From Candidatus Alloenteromonas pullicola (GTDB lineage Bacteria > Bacillota_I > Bacilli_A > RFN20 > CAG-826): a stretch of DNA of 64,000 nucleotides. Position numbers and translations under genes: made by a program. Every line of letters begins with the position of its first letter. Position 1 is the stretch's first letter. The stretch spans positions 10,540 through 74,539 of the forward strand of contig DVMV01000018.1 in NCBI GenBank assembly GCA_018714785.1, read 5' to 3'. Below, piece after piece: positions 25,586 to 33,420 of this stretch. Below the pieces are notes generated by a model. The model was not told the DNA's origin. It made no database searches and was given only the letters and a program-made list of their open reading frames with translations.

Positions 25586-26750
25586 CGCCGTTCTCCTTCG
25601 ATGCTATATAGGGCCCAGGCAGCGTCTCGTGGTTGCTGGCTTGGTTGCCCTCGACGTGCGGCATTCCGGTCTGCTCGTCGAAGATGAGGCGGTCGAGGTA
25701 GGTGACGCGCAGCGAGGGGTCGTCACCTTGGGTGTCGTAGCCGTGGTAGATCATCCAGTATTCCCCGGCGTCGTCTTGGATCACGGCGCAGTGGCCGGTC
25801 CCCATCGCCCCGCGCAAAGACGGCACCACCACCGGGTCCCCCCGGTTGGGCCCGAACATGTCGCGGCCCTGCGAATCGAGGTATGGCCCCTTGAGGCTCT
25901 CGCTCCTGGCGACCACCACTTTGTAGGTGCTCTGCGCCCCGGAGCAGCAGCTGCCGGTGGAGAGGAACATGTAGTAATAGCCATCCTTCTTCAATATGAA
26001 GGTGGCCTCGTAGTTGTTGAGGTCGTTGATCCCGTACCCGGCCAAGGCGACCTTCTCTTCCCTCTGCTTTTCAAGCCCGCCATAAAGGGAGAGGCCATCC
26101 TCGGAAAGCTCGATCAGGGTTATGTATCCGCCATAAGAGCCGAAGGCCATGTAGAGGCGGCCGTCATCGTAGAAGACATGGGGGTCGATCGAGTTGGTCA
26201 CCCCGATCTCCTCGGAGTTGAAAAGCTTCCCATGATGGGTCCATGGCCCATATGGGGTCGGCGAGGTGGCGACCCCGATGCCGGGGTTCTCGTCCCCGCC
26301 GGTGGAAAGGGAATAATAGAAATTCCAGACGTCCCCCACCTTTATCACGGTCGGGGCCCAGACGCCCGCCCCGCTGGTCCCCCAGTTCGGGGTGTAGGAG
26401 TCGAAGACGTTCCCGCGGTAGGTCCAGTTGACCATGTCGATTGAGGAGAATATCGGGCCGCGGTTGAAGGAAAGGTTCGGCGTGTAGACGTCGGTCTGGG
26501 TGCAATAGAGGTAGAAGGTCCCGTCGTCGTCGCGGATGACGTAGGGGTCGGCCATGTAGGTGGGCTTCTTCTGCCCGTCTACTATCGGGTAGGTCGGGTT
26601 GGAGTACGGGTTGTTGGTGGAAACTATGATCGAAGAAGACGATGATCCCCCTTCCGTTGGCGAGGTGCTGGATCTAGCTTCCCCACCGCAGGAAGACAAA
26701 GTCAAAACCGCCAAAGCGATCATCGAGATAGTGGTTGTCCTTTTTGCCAT
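25578..26750 (-). CDS. Secreted glycoside hydrolase family 43 lipoprotein
   Basis: Lipobox LSSC; MADPYVIRDDDGTFYLY, GVWAPTVIKVG; ~50% identical to 24419..25585. Confidence 0.65.
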   Translation of the reverse strand: MAKRTTTISMIALAVLTLSSCGGEARSSTSPTEGGSSSSSIIVSTNNPYSNPTYPIVDGQKKPTYMADPYVIRDDDGTFYLYCTQTDVYTPNLSFNRGPIFSSIDMVNWTYRGNVFDSYTPNWGTSGAGVWAPTVIKVGDVWNFYYSLSTGGDENPGIGVATSPTPYGPWTHHGKLFNSEEIGVTNSIDPHVFYDDGRLYMAFGSYGGYITLIELSEDGLSLYGGLEKQREEKVALAGYGINDLNNYEATFILKKDGYYYMFLSTGSCCSGAQSTYKVVVARSESLKGPYLDSQGRDMFGPNRGDPVVVPSLRGAMGTGHCAVIQDDAGEYWMIYHGYDTQGDDPSLRVTYLDRLIFDEQTGMPHVEGNQASNHETLPGPYIASKENGDE

Positions 26751-26784
26751 TCCTATGTTCTCCAGGCAACTTTAGGATAGCCAA

Positions 26785-26798
26785 CTATAACGTTATAG
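26785..26798. promoter_or_regulatory. Perfect 14-bp palindrome CTATAACGTTATAG (candidate LacI-family operator) overlapping a TTGACT -35-like hexamer; two degenerate copies at ~26853-26887
   Basis: Read directly; ~35 nt upstream of the GH43 operon start codon on the minus strand. Confidence 0.4.
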
Positions 26799-26896
26799 TC
26801 AACATTATTTGTAAGCGGTTACAATTTTTCGAAAAATCCGATGGCTTCTAAATATATAACGATATATAGTCAATATGCGTTATAACTTAAACGAAT

Positions 26897-26930
26897 AAGC
26901 GAGGAGCTGGCGCTTGGCCTCTCCTCGCTG
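26897..26930 (-). terminator. Rho-independent terminator after the msmK-like gene (GCGAGGAG-loop-CTCCTCGC followed by U-rich tract on the minus strand)
   Basis: Read directly from sequence. Confidence 0.5.
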
Positions 26931-26940
26931 ATCGATATGA

Positions 26941-28842
26941 TTATTGCTTCTCCGCTTTCCTCAATACGAGCTTGGAGGCATCGATGTTGAAGCAGGCCGA
27001 CTTGCTGTCGAAGCAAGAGGCATAGCCCGGGCACAGGACGCAGACGTAATCGGGGAACTCCGGCAGGTTGGCATATAGAACGGCGTTCTCGCCAAGCAGC
27101 GACTCGTTGACGCATTTGAACTTCATCGAGTCCTGCTTGTCCAACCCCTCAAGGCGCCCAAAGCGCCCCACTCTCTTTAGCAGCGTGAATGCGTCGAATG
27201 GTATCGTCAGCTCGTAATGCCCCGGCTCGTAATCGCCTTCTAGCTTAAGGCAATACCCGCCGAACTTGGCATAGCAAGCCCCGTCTTTTTCCTTCCTTAC
27301 ATCAGCGATGCAGGAATTGGAGGTGAATGGATAGGCGGCTATGAGCCGGTTCTTCAGCTTCTTGTCGTATAGTTCGCAAAGGGTGGGGTCTAGGTATAGA
27401 TCGACCTGGTCGCCCGGCTTGGCCTCCAGAAGCGGCAAATCAGCGGTCAGATAGGTCTTCAGCCCCGGGATGGAGAAATACATGAACCGGCTGCCCTTCT
27501 CGCCCTCGACCGACTGGATCGTCGCCTTTAGCTTAAGCGAGCCCTCCTTGCATTCTAGGCCGAATGCGTTGGCCGGTATCCGGAGGAAGACGTCGTTCTC
27601 GCCGCGGAAGCTCGGGAGCAGCCTGCTAAGCTTATCGCCGTCTAGCTTTATAGTTTCCTCGCCAAGCGTATACGTGCCATCCTTCCCGTTGAGGCGGGTG
27701 ACGACGAAGTTCTCGCCGACCAAGGCGGCGATGCGGCGCTTGCTGTCTTTATCAAACAGATGCAGATGCGTGGTGTGGAAAGTGACGGTCAGGCGGTCGC
27801 CCTCGCGAAGCTCCTTCCTGCCATCGAGCTTGGCGACGATTGGGATCTCGGTGCCTTCGATCTGGCAATAGGCGACGAGCTCCGACCCCAGCTTCTCGAT
27901 GACGTCGATGACGACCGGAATCGATTCGGCGCCATCAGCCGAGTCGACCTGGTATATCTCCTCGGGGCGCAGTCCAAGTATGACCTCTTTCCCGATGTAG
28001 TCGAGGTCGATGAGCTCGCGGATGGTTTTATCGTGAATCTTGATCTTGAAGGCGCTGCTGCCCTTGGTGATCAATCCATAGTAGGCGCCGTTCTCCTCGA
28101 CTATCCGGCAGTCGAAGAGGTTCATCTGCGGGGTGCCTAGGAAGGTGGCGACGAAGACGTTGGCCGGGTGGTCGTATAGCCTGGTCGGGGTGTCGACCTG
28201 CTGCACTACGCCATCCTTCATGACGACGATCTTCGAGCCCATGGTCATGGCCTCGGTCTGGTCGTGGGTGACGTAGACGAAGGTGGTCCCCAAGCGGCGA
28301 TGGAGTTTGGTTATCTCCGACCTCATCTGGACGCGCAGCTTGGCATCGAGGTTGGAAAGCGGCTCATCGAGGAGGAAGACCTTCGGCTCGCGGACAATCG
28401 CCCGGCCGAGGGCGACGCGCTGCCGCTGGCCGCCAGAGAGCGCTTTGGGCTTCCTAGAAAGGTAAGGAGTGAGCCCCAGCACCTCGGCGGCGGACTTGAT
28501 GCGGCGGTCGATCTCGTCTTTGTCCAGCTTGGCGAGCCTAAGGCCGAAAGCCATGTTCTCATAGACGGTCTTATGTGGGTAAAGCGCATAGTTTTGGAAG
28601 ACCATGGCTATGTCGCGGTCCTTCGGTGGCAGGTCGTTGACCACCTTCCCATCGATGTCGAGCTCGCCCGCGGTTATCGTCTCAAGCCCCGCGATCATGC
28701 GCAGGGTGGTTGACTTGCCGCATCCGGACGGGCCGACGAAGACCACGAAGTCCTTGTCGTCGATCTGCAGGTTGAGGTCGCTGACGGCCCTGACGCCGCC
28801 ATCGTATACCTTGTGGATGTGCTTTAGAGTTAGGCTGGCCAT
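26941..28842 (-). CDS. MsmK/MalK-type ABC ATPase with ~260-aa C-terminal extension of unknown function (Cys-rich end)
   Basis: Walker A GPSGCGKST, LSGGQRQRVALGRA, LLDEPLSNLD; canonical MalK C-terminal domain ends near LHLFDKDSKRRI (~aa 375); 633 aa total. Confidence 0.85.
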   Translation of the reverse strand: MASLTLKHIHKVYDGGVRAVSDLNLQIDDKDFVVFVGPSGCGKSTTLRMIAGLETITAGELDIDGKVVNDLPPKDRDIAMVFQNYALYPHKTVYENMAFGLRLAKLDKDEIDRRIKSAAEVLGLTPYLSRKPKALSGGQRQRVALGRAIVREPKVFLLDEPLSNLDAKLRVQMRSEITKLHRRLGTTFVYVTHDQTEAMTMGSKIVVMKDGVVQQVDTPTRLYDHPANVFVATFLGTPQMNLFDCRIVEENGAYYGLITKGSSAFKIKIHDKTIRELIDLDYIGKEVILGLRPEEIYQVDSADGAESIPVVIDVIEKLGSELVAYCQIEGTEIPIVAKLDGRKELREGDRLTVTFHTTHLHLFDKDSKRRIAALVGENFVVTRLNGKDGTYTLGEETIKLDGDKLSRLLPSFRGENDVFLRIPANAFGLECKEGSLKLKATIQSVEGEKGSRFMYFSIPGLKTYLTADLPLLEAKPGDQVDLYLDPTLCELYDKKLKNRLIAAYPFTSNSCIADVRKEKDGACYAKFGGYCLKLEGDYEPGHYELTIPFDAFTLLKRVGRFGRLEGLDKQDSMKFKCVNESLLGENAVLYANLPEFPDYVCVLCPGYASCFDSKSACFNIDASKLVLRKAEKQ

Positions 28843-28843
28843 A

Positions 28844-29740
28844 TTATTTCTCCTCCTTGTCCAAACCTTTGCCGACGAGGTCCTCCTCGTAGCGGCTGTT
28901 TATGTATTTGTCGTAACGCGAATAGCAGTAAAGCGAGTTTACCAAAGCGAAATGCGCGAAGCCAAACAGCACGCATATCGATAGGCAGATCATCTGCACC
29001 AGGAAAAACGGGATGAAAAGCAAGATGAAGAATATCCCGCCTATGATTAGGAAAGCCAGATTCAGCGGATACAGCACCACCGCGAAAAGCCCGCAATTCC
29101 TCAGGCTGTCCGACAATTTGAAATCGTATATAGACCCATAGCAAAGCAGATGTATCGCCATGAATTGCGCGCAAAGCACGATCAAAGCCATCAAAACCGC
29201 CACCACGATCTTCAAAGCCGAAGGGACGTTATCCATGCTGGGATAGATGCTTAGGTCGGCTATGAAAAGCGAGGCCGTTATGGCGCTTATCGCCCAGGAT
29301 AAGGCGGCTTCCTTGGCGTTGGATTTCATGCCCAGGAAGAAATCGCGGTAGAAAAGCGAGCCCTCTTGGTATATCAGGCCTTTCATCACGAAGAACAGGC
29401 CTGCTAAACCATAGAACATAGGCAGCGAGAGCACTAGCACGCCGGCCGATAGGATTAGCCCAAGCATCAGGATCAATGACGGCAAATCCCCGCCGGCTTC
29501 CTCACAGGCGGATATCGCCGATTGCGAATATGGCATATAGAGGAAGACGAACAGCAATAATGGCAAAGCGAAGATCGAGGTCAGCATCGAAAGGCAGACC
29601 AGGGAGAAGAATCGGTTCCTGAATATGTCGAAATAGGCCGCCACCCGGTTGGATGGAAGCTTGGGGTTGGGGTTCTTGGCCTCGCGGTTGAACAACCTAT
29701 AAAACGAGTCTCTTCTCATCTGCAAAAGCCTTGACCTCAT
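28844..29740 (-). CDS. Integral membrane protein, possibly YesL/DUF624-like (accessory to sugar ABC systems)
   Basis: Six or more hydrophobic helices; family assignment by context and composition only; start may be the internal Met 21 nt downstream. Confidence 0.4.
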   Translation of the reverse strand: MRSRLLQMRRDSFYRLFNREAKNPNPKLPSNRVAAYFDIFRNRFFSLVCLSMLTSIFALPLLLFVFLYMPYSQSAISACEEAGGDLPSLILMLGLILSAGVLVLSLPMFYGLAGLFFVMKGLIYQEGSLFYRDFFLGMKSNAKEAALSWAISAITASLFIADLSIYPSMDNVPSALKIVVAVLMALIVLCAQFMAIHLLCYGSIYDFKLSDSLRNCGLFAVVLYPLNLAFLIIGGIFFILLFIPFFLVQMICLSICVLFGFAHFALVNSLYCYSRYDKYINSRYEEDLVGKGLDKEEK

Positions 29741-30602
29741 CTAGGGTCGGCAAACTCGATATCGCCCCGACGCGCTGGGTGGCGATCGCCCCGGCGGCGT
29801 TGGCATAATGCAGCGCCTTGACTACATCCAACTTCGATATATCACCGCAGGCGTCGACCTCTGATAGAAACAACGAATAGAAGGCGTCGCCCGCTCCCGT
29901 GGTGTCGACCGGTTTGAGCGGGGTGGAGGGAGCGGAGTATTCCTTCCTTTCTAAATAGGCCTTTGACCCACTCTTCCCACAGCTTAAGACCAATAGCTGC
30001 CCAGGGCGGGTCTCGTATCCGGATGGGTAAAGTATCGCCTGCTCCTCGTCTGACATCTTGACGATGTCGAATAGCGGGACCAGGTCGCGGTATATGGCGA
30101 TAGCCTCCTCCTTGGAGGCGAAGATGTCGTCGCGGTAATTTACGTCGAAGGAGGTCGTGATGCCCCGCTTCTGGCATTCGGATGCGGCAAGGCGCAGGAA
30201 TTCCCTTCCGAAGTCGTAGCAGACCATAAGCGACCCGAAGTGGACGATATTCGGCTTCGAAGCGAGCAGCGCCTTGAACTCTTCGAAGTCTAGCAAGGCA
30301 TCGGTCATGTCCTCCCTATCGAAGCGAAAGCTGCGCTCGCCATTAACCAAGCTCACCTCGGCGATGGTGGTTTTCTTGCCATCTATGGTCTTAATGCTGA
30401 GGGGATCGAATCCGAACCCGGCGGCGAAGCCAAGGAGCGATTCGCCCTCCTCGTCGTCCCCCACCGAGCCGAAGAAGCCGACTTTGCATCCGACCTTAGC
30501 CATCCCGCAGGCGACGTTGAAAGGCGCCCCGCCGGGCTTGTCGATGTGCTTCTCGCCATCGATGAACCTATCGATCAGTATCTCTCCTGCGCAGATGATC
30601 AT
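29697..30602 (-). CDS. scrK: Fructokinase (PfkB/ribokinase family)
   Basis: PfkB signature DTTGAGDAF near the C-terminus, GG motif near the N-terminus; sits inside a fructan locus. Confidence 0.8.
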   Translation of the reverse strand: MIICAGEILIDRFIDGEKHIDKPGGAPFNVACGMAKVGCKVGFFGSVGDDEEGESLLGFAAGFGFDPLSIKTIDGKKTTIAEVSLVNGERSFRFDREDMTDALLDFEEFKALLASKPNIVHFGSLMVCYDFGREFLRLAASECQKRGITTSFDVNYRDDIFASKEEAIAIYRDLVPLFDIVKMSDEEQAILYPSGYETRPGQLLVLSCGKSGSKAYLERKEYSAPSTPLKPVDTTGAGDAFYSLFLSEVDACGDISKLDVVKALHYANAAGAIATQRVGAISSLPTLDEVKAFADEKRLVL

Positions 30603-30603
30603 A

Positions 30604-31563
30604 TCAAGCGGTCTCCCCCTTGAAGAATGTGGTTGGGATGGTGTAGACGTCGTCGATATCCTTTTGCCCCGTTATCCTCATGTTCAGGACCTCGACTACC
30701 TTTTTGGCCATCGCGGGGATATCCTGGACGACCGAGGTGAACGAAGGCGACTGGATCAAATCGTTCATGCAGCCATCGTAGGTGATTATCTTGACGTCAT
30801 CGCAAGACTTGCCGTTCCTTACTAGGACTCGGTAATAGGCGAAACCGTAGGCGTCTGAGGTGGCGAACACCGCATCCACATCCGGGAAGGACGCAAAGTA
30901 CTTCTCGGAGTAGCAATATTCCTCGCCGTGCTTGGATTCGTAGTATCCGGTCCTTTCTTCCATGCCGTGTTCCGAAGCGAAGTCGGAATAGGCGCGGTAG
31001 CGGTCGTAGACGAAGCTGGTGACGGCCGGCTTGCCGCCGAGGAACCCGATGCGCCTAGCACCTTGTTCCCAAAGGTAGGCAAGGGCCTTCTTTGTAGCCT
31101 CGTAGTTATCCGAGGTTATGGTGGGGACCCCACCTGCAAACCGCCTATCGATGGTGACGATCGGGAGGTTGGGGTCCATGCGGTCATAGAAATTGTGGGT
31201 TACGAAGATGATGCCATCGATCTGGCTCTTCTTGGCAAGCGATATGAAGCTTTCCTCCCTGGCCTTGTCGTTTCCAGAGTCGGTGAGCAGCAGCCTATAC
31301 CCTAGGGCATAGGCCTCGTCCTCTATCGCCTCGGTGATCTTAGAGAAGAAGGGGTGCGAGATCTTAGGAACGCACAGCCCTATCGTCATCGAGCGGTTGT
31401 ACTTAAGCGCCCGGCCGAGGGAGGAAGGCGAATAGGAAAGGTCGTCAATCGCCTTCTTGATCCTCTCGGCGCACTCCTCCGAGACATACCCGTTGTTGAA
31501 GTAGCGGGACACGGTGGATTTGCTGACGCCGGCTTTTTTCGCAACATCGATGATCGATGACAT
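30604..31563 (-). CDS. LacI-family transcriptional regulator (ScrR/FruR-like)
   Basis: HTH MSSIIDVAKKAGVSKSTVSRYFN plus sugar-binding domain; candidate binder of the 44559-44576 palindrome. Confidence 0.85.
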   Translation of the reverse strand: MSSIIDVAKKAGVSKSTVSRYFNNGYVSEECAERIKKAIDDLSYSPSSLGRALKYNRSMTIGLCVPKISHPFFSKITEAIEDEAYALGYRLLLTDSGNDKAREESFISLAKKSQIDGIIFVTHNFYDRMDPNLPIVTIDRRFAGGVPTITSDNYEATKKALAYLWEQGARRIGFLGGKPAVTSFVYDRYRAYSDFASEHGMEERTGYYESKHGEEYCYSEKYFASFPDVDAVFATSDAYGFAYYRVLVRNGKSCDDVKIITYDGCMNDLIQSPSFTSVVQDIPAMAKKVVEVLNMRITGQKDIDDVYTIPTTFFKGETA

Positions 31564-31581
31564 CTTATTAACCTCTTTTTG

Positions 31582-33402
31582 TTATTTTACCTGCCTTTTG
31601 CGCTTATATAGAACGACTAAGGCGACAATTGAGGCGGCGGCTATGCCAGCTAAGGCCAAGAGGAGCGCGTAATCGACGGCATTGTCCTCGTTTATCTTGA
31701 AGACCCCGCCTTCTGAAGCGGCCTCGACCCTCTGGCTGAGGTTGGCCATGGAAGCGTCGATCTTGGTCAACTGAACGGTGTTCTGGTAAATGGCGTCGCC
31801 GACCTCGTAGGTGCCATAGGAATAGTCGTCGGAGAAGTCGACAATCTCCCGGGCTTCCGGCGACAGTGCGGTGTAGGCGGTGACCAAAGCATTAAGCGAC
31901 GAGCTGACGCCGCAGTAGGAGAATCCGTTGTCGTAGATACGAGCCTTGGCGTAGTAATCGGTAACGAACGCGGCGGCTTCGCTCAAAGCGGTGGGCTCCG
32001 CGTCTTCTTCTAGGTGATACGAATCCTTGGCGACGCCGTTCTCGTTCCCTTGCGAGATCAAGTCGAGCTTAAGGGAGGGGTAAGCGGCATAATCGGTCCT
32101 TATCTCGTCGAAGAAAGCGTTGCCCCAATTTCCGCCGTGCTCGCAATCGGAAATGGCGATGCAGACCTTCTTCCCGGCAGCGGAAGGAACCTCAAAAATG
32201 TGGCGAACCATCGTGGCGTTGTAGGTATCGCGCCGGACAATGTTGTTAACGTTGTCGCCAAATAGCTGATTTTGATGCGAATAGAGAACCTCACCATCGG
32301 GATAGGATATCAGTTCGACTTTTGCGGTGCGTCCTCCAAGCTTAAGCGAGAACAAACCAAGATCGTTCATTTTGAACGGCGAGGAAATCAGGCGATACTT
32401 CGCGTCTTCGGCACCAGAGGATGCGCATCCATCGGTGAGGCCGCCTGCAAAGAACTTGTCCCCGGTCACATTGAACGGAGCCGGAAGCATTTCGGCGTTA
32501 ACAACGAACGTTTTCTGAGAAGAAACGCTATTTTTGAAATCGATATAATATCTATCCTCGCTGCCAGTGGTATTCTGCCGACTTGAAAAGGATATATCAT
32601 AAGCCCAATTGGAAAGCTCGTCATCAATCTCAAATCCTTCCTTGAAGTAATTCGGGAGATTGTCGGCAACAAACGAATACTCTGGGTTTGTATCGTAAAC
32701 GTCTACACAATATGCCGTGGATAGAGTATTGGAGTTAGTGTCAGACCCATATCCAGGAAGGTTGACGTTGGCAAGGTTCATTCGATGAACACCAACCGAT
32801 GCTGCCGCCTCCTCAATAGTCTGATTGACACGCAAAGCTCCGAGGGCCACGAAGCCATAATCGGACGTGGCGTTATCGGTTATTTTCAAATAGAGGTCGC
32901 CGTCGAACCCTTCTCCAAGATCAACAACTCTCATCATCATGTTCGATGATATTTTCGGATCGCTGAATAAGTTATTAACGACGGTAGCCTTCACTATTTC
33001 CGTGTTTGCATCAACAATCTCGACCTTGCAGGCCTCCGTATTGCGCGCAGCCCCGAAAGTGAATGTAATGTATCTTTGATTTTGGTGCCAGGGCTTGGAG
33101 TTGACCGTTCCAGTCCAGTCTTCGCGAATGCTCCCGTTATAGAATTCGTCAAGCGCGTTGAAGAATCTATAATTCCAGAACGTACCGTAACGACCGGTGT
33201 CCCATTTGTCAGCACTGTTTTCAGTGTATGAACTGTTTGGATCGCTGATGACATCGAAATTGTCCTCGTTGAAAGGCATGTAGATGTTGGTCGGAGTGGC
33301 TTCGGCGGCGGAAACGCCGATAGAGGTGGAACCGTGGCCGATAAGTGCCAACGGCGATAGCAGCAATGCGGCTGCCGGGATGATAAACAGTGCTTTTTTC
33401 AT
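31582..33402 (-). CDS. Surface protein with repeated CBM-like beta-sandwich modules, signal peptide and C-terminal TM/KRKRQVK anchor (candidate fructan-binding protein)
   Basis: Modules of type FKMNDLGLFSLKLGGRTAKVELISYPDGEVLY shared with the next gene and with the N-terminus of the GH32 lipoprotein; C-terminus LLLALAGIAAASIVALVVLYKRKRQVK. Confidence 0.55.
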   Translation of the reverse strand: MKKALFIIPAAALLLSPLALIGHGSTSIGVSAAEATPTNIYMPFNEDNFDVISDPNSSYTENSADKWDTGRYGTFWNYRFFNALDEFYNGSIREDWTGTVNSKPWHQNQRYITFTFGAARNTEACKVEIVDANTEIVKATVVNNLFSDPKISSNMMMRVVDLGEGFDGDLYLKITDNATSDYGFVALGALRVNQTIEEAAASVGVHRMNLANVNLPGYGSDTNSNTLSTAYCVDVYDTNPEYSFVADNLPNYFKEGFEIDDELSNWAYDISFSSRQNTTGSEDRYYIDFKNSVSSQKTFVVNAEMLPAPFNVTGDKFFAGGLTDGCASSGAEDAKYRLISSPFKMNDLGLFSLKLGGRTAKVELISYPDGEVLYSHQNQLFGDNVNNIVRRDTYNATMVRHIFEVPSAAGKKVCIAISDCEHGGNWGNAFFDEIRTDYAAYPSLKLDLISQGNENGVAKDSYHLEEDAEPTALSEAAAFVTDYYAKARIYDNGFSYCGVSSSLNALVTAYTALSPEAREIVDFSDDYSYGTYEVGDAIYQNTVQLTKIDASMANLSQRVEAASEGGVFKINEDNAVDYALLLALAGIAAASIVALVVLYKRKRQVK

Positions 33403-33420
33403 CTTTTTTCCTCCTATGAA

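Noticed and set aside
24419-26750. Considered calling the two secreted propeller enzymes GH32 because they sit beside a fructan locus
   Set aside because: They lack WMNDPNG/RDP/EC blocks and instead show the GH43-type DPxxxxxDGxYYLY N-terminal block; GH43 retained
26870-27115. 81-aa minus-strand ORF at the 3' end of the msmK-like gene
   Set aside because: Overlaps the ATPase gene out of frame and runs through the terminator hairpin
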